Positions 19,301 through 29,583 of a stretch of 64,000 nucleotides of DNA are shown here, piece after piece. The position numbers were made by a program, and so were the translations under genes. Source of the DNA: Oscillatoria sp. PCC 10802 (lineage in GTDB: Bacteria > Cyanobacteriota > Cyanobacteriia > Cyanobacteriales > Oscillatoriaceae); assembly GCF_000332335.1 (NCBI RefSeq), contig NZ_KB235948.1:4158977-4222976 (forward strand). The letters are read 5' to 3'. A model generated the notes under the pieces. That model did no database searches and was not told the DNA's origin. It was given only the letters and a program-made list of their open reading frames with translations. Within the stretch, counting starts at the first letter, position 1. Each line of letters begins with the position of its first letter.

Positions 19301-20374
19301 ATGCCCGTCCTCTCCCCTGAATTAAAGCAAAGACTGTCCACCCCCCTGAAAATCGGCAAGTTTGAGGTCAGGAGCCGCGTGCTGCAATCGCCGCTCTCCG
19401 GCGTCACGGACTTGGTATTCCGCCGGCTGGTGCGCCGGTACGCGCCAGAGTCGATGATGTACACCGAGATGGTGAACGCCACCGGCTTGCACTACGTCAA
19501 GGAACTCCCGAAAATCATGGAGGTAGACCCGAACGAGCGCCCGATCAGCATCCAGCTATTTGACTGCCGGCCCAATTTTTTGGCAGAGGCGGCTGTGATG
19601 GCGGTGAGAGAAGGCGCGGATACTATTGATATTAACATGGGCTGCCCGGTCAACAAAATTACCAAAAATGGCGGCGGTTCTTCCTTGCTGCGGGAACCGG
19701 AAACAGCTGAGGCAATTGTGCGGGCGGTGGTGAGAGCGGTAGAGGTGCCGGTGACGGTAAAAACTCGCATCGGCTGGTCAGAGAAGGAAATTACTATCCT
19801 GGAATTTGCCAAGCGCATGGAAGAGGCCGGCGCTCAGATGATTACGGTACACGGTCGCACTCGCGCCCAAGGGTATAATGGGCCGGCTAAGTGGGAGTGG
19901 ATTCGCAAAGTTAAGGAAATCCTCTCAATTCCGGTGATTGGCAATGGGGATATTTTTTCTGTTGACGCTGCTGTGCGCTGCTTGGAAGAAACCGGCGCAG
20001 ATGGCGTGATGTGTTCGCGAGGGACCCTCGGCTATCCTTTCTTGGTGGGAGAAGTTGACCACTTCCTGAAAACCGGCTGCGAGTTGCCACCGCCAACGCC
20101 GGTTGAGCGCCTGCAGTGCGCCAGGGATCACCTGCAAATGCTCTGGGAATATAAGGGAGAGCGCGGCGTGCGCCAAGCTCGCAAGCACATGACTTGGTAC
20201 GCCAAAGGATTTGCCAATGCCGGGGAGTTGCGCGACAAGCTTTCGCGGATGGAAACTGTCGAGGAAGGGTACAGGTTGATTGATGGTGCGATTGAGCAGC
20301 TGGCGTCGGGTGATTCACCCGGTGCCGGTGGCGACGCAGACACGCCTAGCTGGGAGTTAGTCGAAGTAGGTTAA
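19301..20374 (+). CDS. dus: tRNA-dihydrouridine synthase
   Basis: Dus family motifs (LAPMAGVTD-like SPLSGVTD, NMGCPV, HGRTR). Confidence 0.9.
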   Translation: MPVLSPELKQRLSTPLKIGKFEVRSRVLQSPLSGVTDLVFRRLVRRYAPESMMYTEMVNATGLHYVKELPKIMEVDPNERPISIQLFDCRPNFLAEAAVMAVREGADTIDINMGCPVNKITKNGGGSSLLREPETAEAIVRAVVRAVEVPVTVKTRIGWSEKEITILEFAKRMEEAGAQMITVHGRTRAQGYNGPAKWEWIRKVKEILSIPVIGNGDIFSVDAAVRCLEETGADGVMCSRGTLGYPFLVGEVDHFLKTGCELPPPTPVERLQCARDHLQMLWEYKGERGVRQARKHMTWYAKGFANAGELRDKLSRMETVEEGYRLIDGAIEQLASGDSPGAGGDADTPSWELVEVG

Positions 20375-20493
20375 TTGCGGGAGAACAAGTACAAGTAGTC
20401 GGGTGCGCTACCCTTTCGGTAAGGCACCTCACTTGCCGGTTATCGGAAAGTAAGTACCAGTGGTGGGTGCGTTACGCTGTCGCGCTCCGCACC

Positions 20494-20706
20494 CTACAAG
20501 TTTTCCATTTGCTTGCGCAGACTCAGCGGTCGCATGTCTGCCCAGACTTCGTTGATGTAGGCGAGGCATTCTTCCTTTGTGCCGGTTTTCCCGGCATCCT
20601 TCCAGCCAAGAGCGTTCTCCCGGTCAGCCGGCCAAATAGAATACGGCTCCTCCTCGTTCACCACAACCTTATAAATCGTAGTGTCTTGGTTATCGTCACC
20701 GCTCAT
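20494..20706 (-). CDS. MbtH-like protein
   Basis: 70 aa. ...YKVVVNEEEPYSIWPADRENALGWKDAG..KEECLAYINEVW matches the MbtH signature (three invariant Trp positions). Confidence 0.75.
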   Translation of the reverse strand: MSGDDNQDTTIYKVVVNEEEPYSIWPADRENALGWKDAGKTGTKEECLAYINEVWADMRPLSLRKQMENL

Positions 20707-22093
20707 GTTGCCTCCTTTTAACAGGAACTCTCAATACCATTTTGGTTTCATTAGCGAGTGTAGCAATAAACATTGGGACAGGCAAGATGCCTGTCCCTGC
20801 GAGCTGTATCCGCAGGTGCTGCGTCGCGCCGAGCCTCAATGTCTAATGTCCTAAGCAATGTGGCAAGTGGTATAAAGTACCTTCCCCACTCATGCAATCT
20901 GTAATTTTCACAGGTTTTCAGGGGAAACGCTTTCTATAATATCTCTATCCATGCCGGCGCACAAAGCACAAGGTAAGCCTCAGTCAGTTGCGCACCGGCT
21001 GATGGGAAAGCCGTTTCCAGGGCTCTGCCCCCTTGAGGTTCCTCCCGCAGGGAGCCACCCCCTTCGGGGGAAACCTCTCCCTGCCAATGGGGACTTTCGC
21101 CCGCCCTGTTAAGATTGGCGTGGCGCAGGGATGGCGCAGCCCGAGTCATGGCACCGGCACGCCCAGCTGGCATTTAACTAGAACGCGGTCAGAGCCAGAT
21201 TACATTAATGTTGTTTAACATTTGCGCCTAGAGGTAGGTTGGTGCTAATTTAGCATAAAGCGCAAAACAATTCGCTTGTGAGTTCCACTCTGGCGGCGAG
21301 GCTCAAGGCAGGTATAGCGGAACCTGTCGCGCATGGCCCATATAATTTTTTCGCCAGGTGCGGAACGCGCCCTCGAATAGGGAAACCTATCTTTTAAGTA
21401 GCGCTCCCGCACCGGCACCTCAGCCTGCCGGTGTAATCCGCTCTCCCCCGTTCTTGTCCATTTTAGTTGATTCTTGTCCATCTCTTACATGGGTTATATC
21501 CTCCGGTGCCAGTCTTTCCCCCTCTCCCAGTCACCACCAGCTAGCCCTGGCGCTCCCTCAGGACATTGTTCAAATCAGCCTGGTGCAATTCTACAGGAAA
21601 TGCCCGCCTGCTTTTCCCGGCAATTTTTATAGCAAACGCGGTCAGCGCTGGAGAAGTAGTGAGTTTCAGAACCCGCACAACCGCGTTCGGGCGCACAGGG
21701 ACGAAAAGAGGAGGGTGGTTAGGATTAGAGATCGCTACTTGTGTGGCGACTGTCATATTGATGGCCGTCTAAAATGCCTCGCCCTAGGGTCCCTATAGGC
21801 CAGAATTATTGAGCTTGAGGAGGGAGCGTAACGAGTGGGGACATCTCCTAAACTAACTCTCAGAAGTGCCAGTGAGTTCTCTGCTGCTGTCCGCGAGATT
21901 CAGAAGCATTTCGCCAAAGGCCGGCGCTCAGCATGTGGGGCGTGCTAATGCCCGGAGGCGGGAGCGAGCGCGAGACTCGCGCAGCTAGATTCACTCTCAA
22001 CCTTCCTGTGGGAACTTGATAGCGACTTGCGTGCGTTAGCTGACAAATCTACCCCGAGGCCGATCTGTCCCGAATATGAAGTGAGTAGAATAA

Positions 22094-24253
22094 ATGACTG
22101 GAGAAAGTAAAAGTCAGAATGCAGGCGATATCCTAACCGAGGGAATGCTGTTGAATCGGATGACCAATCGCATCCGCCAGTCCCTGGAGCTGCACGAGAT
22201 TCTCTCCGCGACTGTGGCGGAAGTGCGCTCGTTTTTGAGCACAGACCGGGTGAAAGTTTACCGGTTTGAGCGGGATGGCAGCGGCCAAGTGATTGCCGAG
22301 TCTGTTTATCAAAACCGGCTGCCGTCGCTGCAGGGGCTGCACTTCCCCGCCACCGACATTCCCCCCCAGATCCGCGAGATGTTTGTCAAAGCGCGAGTCC
22401 GCTCAATTGTGGATGTTCCAGCACAGCGAATTACCCTCAGCCCCTCCGACACTCCGGAGACGACCGGCAGCCTGACGCTGGAAGACATCCGCCAGCGCCC
22501 GATTGAAGAAATCCTCCAGCGACCGGTTGACCCCTGCCATATAGAGTACCTGACGGCAATGGGGGTGAACTCCTCGCTGGTGGTGCCGATTTTGCACGGA
22601 AAGGAACTCTGGGGCTTGCTGGTATCCCATCACGTCCAGCCAAAAACCTTCTCAGCTTCCGATTTGCAGATTGTCCAGATGGTGGCAGATCAGGTGTCCG
22701 TGGCCATCGCCCACTCGGCACTGTTGAGCTCCACCCGCTCACAGGCTCGCCGGGAAGCGTTAATCAACCAGATTTCCACCCTGCTGCACGCACCGCTGAA
22801 CATTCAAGAAATCCTCCAGGGAGTCCTGGAAAAAATCGTCGCTGCAGTCGGGGGCGCAGGCGGCAGACTTTACCTCAATCCGATGGAAACAAGCTCGCGC
22901 CCTGAACTTTACACCACCGGCAAACTGCTCAAACTCTCAGGGGAAACCGGGGAATCGGAGTGGCTGGAATACCACCCGTTCTGGCAGCAGCTGATGGCCA
23001 TCGCCACCCTGCCGGTTCAGGGGACTGGCAGCTGGGGTGAAAAGTCCCTGGATCGCAGCCCAAAACAAGCAGCAGCGCCGGTGCGGGCGATCGACGACCT
23101 CTACCAGGAACCCAGACTGGCGCAGGTGGCTTTTGCGTTCCAGCAAACCCCGATCCGGGGAATGCTGCTGATGCCCCTGCGGTACAGCCAGCAGTCGTTG
23201 GGCTGCCTCACCCTGTTCCGCAGCGAGATTGATACGGACATCTTCTGGGCCGGTCGCTTCGATCGAGATGAGCGCAACGCAAAGGTGCGCCACTCCTTTG
23301 AAGCTTGGCGAGAGCTCAAGTACGGCTGCGCCCACCCCTGGACTGAGGAAGAAATTGAGCTGGTTGAGGGAGCGGGCACCCACCTGTCAATGGCGGTGAT
23401 GCAGAACCGGCTATACCAGTGGGAGCGAGAGCACCGGCTGCTGGTGGAAATGCGCAACCAAGAACTGCAAGCCGCCCGCGCCGCCGCCGACGAAGCGAGC
23501 CGGCTGAAATCGGACTTCCTCTCCTCCACCAGCCACGAATTGCGCACCCCCCTCGCCTCAACGCTCAACTACCTGAAACTTCTCAAAGAAGGCTTCTACG
23601 ACAGCGAAGAGGAATTCAAAGAATATGTCCACATCGCCCACCAGTCAGCAGAAAACCTCGTAGCCATCATCAACGATGTCCTGGACATTGCTAAGATTGA
23701 AGCCGGTCGCATGAGTGTCAGCCAGGAGCGAGTCTCGCTCGCTCCCCTGCTCGAGGAGCAGCGCCGCCTCTTCAATCTCGACAGCCGCCGCAAGGGAATA
23801 CTCCTGGCTGTTGAGTGTGAGGTGGAGAGCGTTTGGGCTGATCAAGTCAAACTCCGACAGATTCTCACAAACCTCCTCTCCAATGCCTTCAAATTTACTA
23901 GCGCCGGTGCTGTGCGCGTGCGGGCGGTCCTGCGCCCTGGAGGCGAGCCGGCGGCTCCGCCCCCACCGCTGGTTGAGATTTCCGTCACTGACACCGGCAT
24001 TGGCATCGATCCGAGCAAAACAGAACTCCTCTTCGAGCCTTTCGTGCAAGCCGATGGCTCCATCAAGCGGCGCTATGGCGGCACCGGTTTGGGTTTAACA
24101 GTGTGCAAGCGGTTGGTACAGCTGATGGGGGGTAAAATCTGGCTGGAAAGTGCCGGGAAGGGTGAGGGAACGACCGTCACTTTCACCCTCCCTTACCGGG
24201 CATCACCCAGCGACTCTGACACCTTGAAAGCACAGGGAGAAATAAGCGCGTGA
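22094..24253 (+). CDS. GAF-domain sensor histidine kinase (two GAF domains + HisKA + HATPase_c)
   Basis: H-box SHELRTPL, N/G1/G2 boxes. GAF-like regions 22.1-23.4 kb. Confidence 0.9.
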   Translation: MTGESKSQNAGDILTEGMLLNRMTNRIRQSLELHEILSATVAEVRSFLSTDRVKVYRFERDGSGQVIAESVYQNRLPSLQGLHFPATDIPPQIREMFVKARVRSIVDVPAQRITLSPSDTPETTGSLTLEDIRQRPIEEILQRPVDPCHIEYLTAMGVNSSLVVPILHGKELWGLLVSHHVQPKTFSASDLQIVQMVADQVSVAIAHSALLSSTRSQARREALINQISTLLHAPLNIQEILQGVLEKIVAAVGGAGGRLYLNPMETSSRPELYTTGKLLKLSGETGESEWLEYHPFWQQLMAIATLPVQGTGSWGEKSLDRSPKQAAAPVRAIDDLYQEPRLAQVAFAFQQTPIRGMLLMPLRYSQQSLGCLTLFRSEIDTDIFWAGRFDRDERNAKVRHSFEAWRELKYGCAHPWTEEEIELVEGAGTHLSMAVMQNRLYQWEREHRLLVEMRNQELQAARAAADEASRLKSDFLSSTSHELRTPLASTLNYLKLLKEGFYDSEEEFKEYVHIAHQSAENLVAIINDVLDIAKIEAGRMSVSQERVSLAPLLEEQRRLFNLDSRRKGILLAVECEVESVWADQVKLRQILTNLLSNAFKFTSAGAVRVRAVLRPGGEPAAPPPPLVEISVTDTGIGIDPSKTELLFEPFVQADGSIKRRYGGTGLGLTVCKRLVQLMGGKIWLESAGKGEGTTVTFTLPYRASPSDSDTLKAQGEISA

Positions 24254-24657
24254 ATATTCTACTCGTAGATGACGATTACCTCTTGGCCAAGGGAACTGCC
24301 AAATTAATCCAGCGCATAGGAGGGCACCAAGTCACCATCACAGACACTCCTGCTGAAATTTTCCAAAAATGTCAAGCTGGAGAAGTGGACGTGGTGCTGA
24401 TGGATGTCAACCTGCCCGGGGCGTTCTGGGAGGGGCAACAAGTCAGCGGGGCGGACTTGGCTCGCCTGCTCAAAACTCAACCGGCAACCGCCCACATTCC
24501 TATTATTATGGTAACAGCCTACGCCATGCTGACCGAAAGGAAAACCCTCCTGGCGACTTCCCAAGCAGATGAGTTATTCACAAAACCCATCACTGACTAT
24601 CAGGGACTTTTACAATTAATTGAGCAGCTCTGCGAGAACAAATCGGGAATTAGCTGA
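24250..24657 (+). CDS. response regulator receiver domain protein (CheY-like, stand-alone)
   Basis: NILLVDDD...VDVVLMDVNLPG. 4-bp overlap with the kinase stop. Confidence 0.85.
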   Translation: MNILLVDDDYLLAKGTAKLIQRIGGHQVTITDTPAEIFQKCQAGEVDVVLMDVNLPGAFWEGQQVSGADLARLLKTQPATAHIPIIMVTAYAMLTERKTLLATSQADELFTKPITDYQGLLQLIEQLCENKSGIS

Positions 24658-24854
24658 GAGTTCAGGCTTCATCCCAGGAGGGTGAGGGGGGCCGGTGAGC
24701 GGGAGCATCTCTGTGCCTGAAAACAGACCGAAACCCCCAGCCCCCTTCCCTAAACGGGAAGGGGGAGAGGTTAGCGAGCCGGTTTGAAGGAGGTAAATCT
24801 CTGTTTCCTCCTTGATTTTCACTCTTTCATATTTTCTCTGTGAGCCCCATTAAA

Positions 24855-25259
24855 ATGCACAAAATAGCTGTAGTTGACGATGACGAATACTGGGGTCTGG
24901 CAGTCCAGCGCTTCTTCAGGATAGATTTTGAAGTTTCTGTTTTTAAAGGGGTGGACAGGTTTTTGAATAAAGCCGGCCAGTATGACTTAGCGATTGTAGA
25001 CTTCTCAATTCCCCCAGCTCGCTACGAAACAAGTATGACCGGCAGCGAATTAATCCGCCACCTCAAAGAAACGATGCCAGACCCTCCCTTGCTGGTTCTA
25101 TCCAGCGGATTTATTAGCAAAACTGACAGAGAAATTGGCTATCAAATTTGCCCAGAAGCGGACGACTTTATCGCCAAAGATGCTGGTATCGACGAGATTT
25201 TGCAGCGCGTTAAGACATTGCTAGACTCGAAAAAATCTCAGCCGGTGGATTCCGAATAG
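24855..25259 (+). CDS. response regulator receiver domain protein (CheY-like, stand-alone)
   Basis: MHKIAVVDDDE...LAIVDFSIP. ATG at 24855 preferred over GTG at 24840. Confidence 0.8.
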   Translation: MHKIAVVDDDEYWGLAVQRFFRIDFEVSVFKGVDRFLNKAGQYDLAIVDFSIPPARYETSMTGSELIRHLKETMPDPPLLVLSSGFISKTDREIGYQICPEADDFIAKDAGIDEILQRVKTLLDSKKSQPVDSE

Positions 25260-25655
25260 GGGGCTGCCGCTTGCCGCTGGGCTTTAGCCCCACCGTTTGT
25301 AGTTGGGCTTTAGCCCTTTCTCCCTCCAAGGGGAAATGGGAAAATTATTGATTGATTTTTCCTCCCTCTCCCTTACAGGCGTTGGGTGCGGGGGGTGAGG
25401 GTGACAGTCTTGGCACAAGTGGGATGCTCCCCGGCTGGCGATACTGCCAGTTTCCGAAGAGGGGGAACACAAACATCCGCTGATTTCGGTATAGTTGTAC
25501 GCACTAGCACCCTGCCAAATCTGCTAAGTTCGTAGTGAGAGCTTTAGCCCTCACTAGAAACGAGGAATAGCGAGCTTGGCGGGCGGGACGCCCGCCCGAA
25601 TCTGCTGCGAATATCAATTAGAGTAACACTACAGGATGTGATGTGAGGAGGATGT

Positions 25656-26576
25656 GTGGAAGCACTGAAAGGACGGGATTTCTTGAGTCTGGCAGACCTG
25701 AGTGTGGGGGAATTAGACTTTCTCCTGCAGCTGGCTAAGCAGATGAAAGCCGGCAGGGCGAACCCGCACTGTAACAAGGTGCTGGGTTTGCTGTTCTACA
25801 AAGCGTCCACCCGGACGCGGGTCAGTTTCACTGTGGCCATGTACCAGTTGGGGGGGCAGGTGATCGACCTCAATCCCAGCGTCACTCAAGTCAGCCGGGG
25901 GGAACCTCTGGTGGATACGGCGCGCGTGCTAGACCGCTATCTCGATGTTATAGCGATTCGCACTTTTGCCCAAGAGGACTTGCAAACGTTTGCCGGCTGC
26001 GCCAAGATTCCGGTGATTAATGCCCTCAGCGATCGAGCCCACCCCTGTCAAACTTTGGCGGATTTGCTGACGGTTCAGGAGTGTTTTGGGCGGCTGGAGG
26101 GCGTCACCCTCACCTACTTGGGCGACGGCAACAATGTGGCCAACTCCTTGCTGCTGGGCTGCGCGATGGCGGGGATGAATGTCAGAGTGGCCACACCTGA
26201 GGGCTACGAACCGGATGCCTATTTCGTGGAAAAGGCGCGGGAAATTGCCAAAGGGAAGAGCGAAGTTACTGTCACTGGCGATCCCGTGGCTGCGGTTAAA
26301 GGCGCTCAAGTCCTCTATACCGATGTCTGGGCTAGTATGGGTCAAGAGGAGGAAGCCCGAAATCGCATTCCCCTGTTTCAACCTTACCAGCTCAACGAAC
26401 AGCTGCTTAGCTGTGCGGATGCAGACGCTATTGTGCTGCACTGTTTGCCGGCACACCGGGGGGAAGAAATCACCGATGAGGTGATGGAAGGCTCTCACTC
26501 TCGGGTTTGGGACCAGGCAGAAAACCGCATGCACGTTCAAAAGGCTTTGCTGGCAAGTTTGCTCGGTGCGGTTTGA
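25656..26576 (+). CDS. argF: ornithine carbamoyltransferase
   Basis: STRTR, HPCQ, HCLP motifs. Confidence 0.95.
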   Translation: MEALKGRDFLSLADLSVGELDFLLQLAKQMKAGRANPHCNKVLGLLFYKASTRTRVSFTVAMYQLGGQVIDLNPSVTQVSRGEPLVDTARVLDRYLDVIAIRTFAQEDLQTFAGCAKIPVINALSDRAHPCQTLADLLTVQECFGRLEGVTLTYLGDGNNVANSLLLGCAMAGMNVRVATPEGYEPDAYFVEKAREIAKGKSEVTVTGDPVAAVKGAQVLYTDVWASMGQEEEARNRIPLFQPYQLNEQLLSCADADAIVLHCLPAHRGEEITDEVMEGSHSRVWDQAENRMHVQKALLASLLGAV

Positions 26577-26612
26577 ACCAGGCACCCCAAGTCGAACATC
26601 AAGAAACTATAA

Positions 26613-26650
26613 ATAAACCGGGTTTCTTAAAGAAACCCGGTTTCTTATAA
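26613..26650. repeat. MITE family A core copy, 37 bp after argF stop
   Basis: Palindromic core only. Confidence 0.85.
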
Positions 26651-26695
26651 ACGCTTTCGCTCCCAGCTCAAATCGGGAAATACAAGGAACACAAG

Positions 26696-28201
26696 ATGCA
26701 AGAAGAACAGCGCGACAGGACACTCGCAGCTTGGCAGGGGTTTCTGAACACGCCGGTGGAAACTTTCCTGCAAGAACACAGCCAAGCTAACGCACCGGCT
26801 GCTGCTATAGAATTGTTTCGCTCCGTGGCTGCCACCGTGCCGGCCTATCAGGCTTTTCTCAAGGAATATGGCATAAAACCCTCCTACATCCAGACCTTTG
26901 AAGATTTCCAAAAATTGCCGCTGCTCACAAAAGAGAATTACCTGCTGCGCTACCCTTTGCCGAGTCTGTGCCGGCGCGGAAAGTTAGAAACTTGCGATCT
27001 AATAGCAGTCTCCTCTGGCTCCACCGGCTCCCCGACATTTTGGCCTCGCTTTATCGCGGATGAGTTCCCGGTTGCGGCGCGTTTCGAGCAAATTTTTCGC
27101 GACAGTTTCCAGGCTGACTCCCGCCGCACTCTGGCAGTGGTTTGCTTCGCTTTGGGAACTTGGGTGGGCGGCATGTACACGGCGAATTGCTGCCGGCACT
27201 TGGCGGCGAAGGGCTACCCCATCACCGCTATCACCCCTGGAAATAACAGGGCGGAGATTCTCCGCACCGTGCGGGAATTGGCACCGGCTTTCGAGCAGGT
27301 GGTGCTGCTGGGATACCCGCCGTTTCTTAAGGATGTGATTGACGCCGGCATTGCCGAAGGGATAGAATGGGAAAAATACTCCATTAAGCTTGTAATGGCG
27401 GGGGAAGTGTTCAGCGAGGAGTGGCGGACTTTGGTGGGGGACCGCACCGGCTCTCAAGATGTTTGCTACGATTCGGCTTCCCTTTACGGAACTGCAGATG
27501 CGGGGGTTTTGGGAAATGAAACGCCGGTGAGTGTCTGCATCCGCCGGTTTCTGGCGTCTCGCCCGGATGTCGCCCGCTCCCTGTTTGGGGAATCCCGCCT
27601 CCCGACGCTGGTGCAGTACGATCCGCTGTCGCGGTTTTTTGAGGTTCACGAGGGCACTTTGCTGTTTTCTGGGGATAATGGCATTCCGCTGGTGCGCTAT
27701 CACATTTCCGATACCGGCGGCATTATTCCTTTTGAGGAGATGATCCGCTTTCTGGTGGACTGGGGGTTCGATCCGCTAGTGGAATTAGAGCCTCAGAGCA
27801 CCCGGGGAATCTATTCTTTGCCTTTTCTGTATGTTTTTGGGCGCTCTCACTTTACGGTGTCGTATTTCGGTGCCAATATTTACCCGGAAAATGTTACAGT
27901 AGGGCTGGAGCAGCCGCCGGTTCACGACTGGGTGACGGGCAAGTTTGTGCTGGAAGTGAGGGAAGGCGGTGACAGGAACCGGTTTCTTTCGGTTGCGGTG
28001 GAGCTCGCGCCTGGGGTGGGTGCGACTGAGGAGATGCGGGAGACGATTGCCCATTCTATTGTAACTCAGTTGTGCCGGTTGAATAGCGAGTTTGCGAATT
28101 ATGTTCCGAAAGAGTATCAAATGCCTCAGGTGAGCTTGCTGCCTTTGGGCGATCCGGAATATTTTCCGGTTGGGGTGAAGCACCGCTACACGCGCCGGTG
28201 A
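26696..28201 (+). CDS. adenylate-forming enzyme, phenylacetate-CoA ligase (PaaK)/F390-synthetase-like family
   Basis: P-loop-like SSGSTGSPTFWP, overall PaaK-like length and organisation. Family call from memory, moderate. Confidence 0.5.
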   Translation: MQEEQRDRTLAAWQGFLNTPVETFLQEHSQANAPAAAIELFRSVAATVPAYQAFLKEYGIKPSYIQTFEDFQKLPLLTKENYLLRYPLPSLCRRGKLETCDLIAVSSGSTGSPTFWPRFIADEFPVAARFEQIFRDSFQADSRRTLAVVCFALGTWVGGMYTANCCRHLAAKGYPITAITPGNNRAEILRTVRELAPAFEQVVLLGYPPFLKDVIDAGIAEGIEWEKYSIKLVMAGEVFSEEWRTLVGDRTGSQDVCYDSASLYGTADAGVLGNETPVSVCIRRFLASRPDVARSLFGESRLPTLVQYDPLSRFFEVHEGTLLFSGDNGIPLVRYHISDTGGIIPFEEMIRFLVDWGFDPLVELEPQSTRGIYSLPFLYVFGRSHFTVSYFGANIYPENVTVGLEQPPVHDWVTGKFVLEVREGGDRNRFLSVAVELAPGVGATEEMRETIAHSIVTQLCRLNSEFANYVPKEYQMPQVSLLPLGDPEYFPVGVKHRYTRR

Positions 28202-28356
28202 GTTTTAGGGATTGGGAACTCTAGATCCCAGCCCCTTCCTCGCGTGCGGGGAGGGGGAGAAGCAGAGACAAGGGCACCCCCTTGTCTCTACTTCCTGAGA
28301 GTGAGTGTCGCCGTTTTCTTCGTTCCCACACGAGCCTGTGGGAACAAGAACAAAGC

Positions 28357-28575
28357 TTACAAACTTTCCCACTCCTCCTTGCTGATTTCTGCCTGACGCA
28401 ATATCCGCGCTAAAAGCTCTCTGCCGATTTCTCCCTGATGAGGATTTGGCAATATCAAGGTGATATTTCCTTTTTTCATGTGCTGGTGTTTGCCGCCAGA
28501 AGCTGGGCCACTGAATCCCAACTGTTTCAGGTAAGCAATTAAGTCTTTTCGTTTAACTGGGCCAAAGCTAGGCAT
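28357..28575 (-). CDS. hicA: type II toxin HicA (mRNA interferase)
   Basis: GKHQHMKKGNITLILPNPHQGEIGRELLARILRQAEIS matches HicA consensus (SHH.F.HP...TVPHP..dl..gtlksIlkqag). Confidence 0.7.
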   Translation of the reverse strand: MPSFGPVKRKDLIAYLKQLGFSGPASGGKHQHMKKGNITLILPNPHQGEIGRELLARILRQAEISKEEWESL

Positions 28576-28817
28576 TAAACCGCCTCCTTGACAGTTAGCT
28601 CAATTCCATCCACAATTGGCAAAGGCAAATGGTCTGCAACTCTTATCAAAATCCAATCTTCTAAAGCGGACAGCAATTCTTCCCTACAGGCTTCCAGATT
28701 GGGAGCATTCGCCCAAACGCCTTGAAAGCCTGGGATTTCCCCATAGAAGCTGCCATCGTCACTGAGGATTTCGTATGTGGCTTTGCGCATCGCTGCTTGA
28801 ATGTAATTTGTCAGCAT
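28575..28817 (-). CDS. hicB: HicB-family antitoxin (UPF0150-like)
   Basis: 80 aa, YEILSDDGSFYGEIPGFQGVWANAPNLEACREEL pattern. Stop overlaps the hicA start. Confidence 0.6.
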   Translation of the reverse strand: MLTNYIQAAMRKATYEILSDDGSFYGEIPGFQGVWANAPNLEACREELLSALEDWILIRVADHLPLPIVDGIELTVKEAV

Positions 28818-28853
28818 CTGGCACTCTCCAAAAAGAACTCGGTGATTCTGTTC

Positions 28854-28968
28854 CTGCTGCGCGTTCGCTATGCACGCCCCCTTCTCTCTGGATTATAACC
28901 AGTGGGAGATGCTATTTTTGTCAGCGGAAAGGGGAACCCCACCCCCCAACCCCAGCCCCTTATCCCCA
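28854..28968. repeat. ~110-bp direct repeat, copy 1 (copy 2 at 29139..29245), each ending in a family C G/C-rich palindrome
   Basis: CTGCTGCGCGTTCGCTATG(C/A)ACGCCCCC...ATTATAA(C/T)CAGTGGGAGATGCTATTTTTGTCAGCGGAAAGGGGAACCCCACCCCCCAACCCCAGCCCC. Confidence 0.9.
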
Positions 28969-29138
28969 GAGGGGGCCCCACCTTCCCCGGTTGCGGGGAG
29001 GGGGAGAAAGACAGGAGAGGAGTTGCTCTTACTGTTTCAGGACTTACGCAGCACACTGTGGTATGGTGCCGGTTACGATAATTAATGTGGTTGCCGGTTA
29101 CGCTATCGCGTTCCCCACCCTACAGATAGAGGCTGTGA

Positions 29139-29245
29139 CTGCTGCGCGTTCGCTATGAACGCCCCCAACTCCTCTGCATTATAATCAGTGGGAGATGCTA
29201 TTTTTGTCAGCGGAAAGGGGAACCCCACCCCCCAACCCCAGCCCC
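29139..29245. repeat. ~110-bp direct repeat, copy 2
   Basis: See copy 1. Confidence 0.9.
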
Positions 29246-29583
29246 GTGCACGGGGAAGGGGAGAAAGAGATGTGTTTATCCTATTAATGTGCAACGCTCC
29301 CGCACCGGCATGTCTCGCACCGGCATGTCTGGCACCGGCATTTCTCGCACCGGCATTGTTTCCCGCGCCGGCACTTTCCTTGCGCCAGGGGGTGCCGGTC
29401 CTCCCCGCCCGCCTCTTGACATCTGGCAGTTGCCGCGCACAGTCAAAGAAACCAGCAACCTCCCCGCAGGCGGCTGCCGCTCAACACCGGCAGCCACCGG
29501 CAGTAATATAAGGAAAGAAACCTTTACAAAACTTGACCACCACCCCGGACAGGGGCTAGCCCACCCCCACCCCCCAACCCCTA

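Noticed and set aside
20935-21180. RNase P RNA, tmRNA or cobalamin riboswitch identity for the structured region
   Set aside because: Did not find the conserved RNase P (GGAAAGUCCGGGCUCC), tmRNA 3' end (GGUUCGAUUCC...CCA) or B12-box consensus strings. Kept only as an unclassified candidate.
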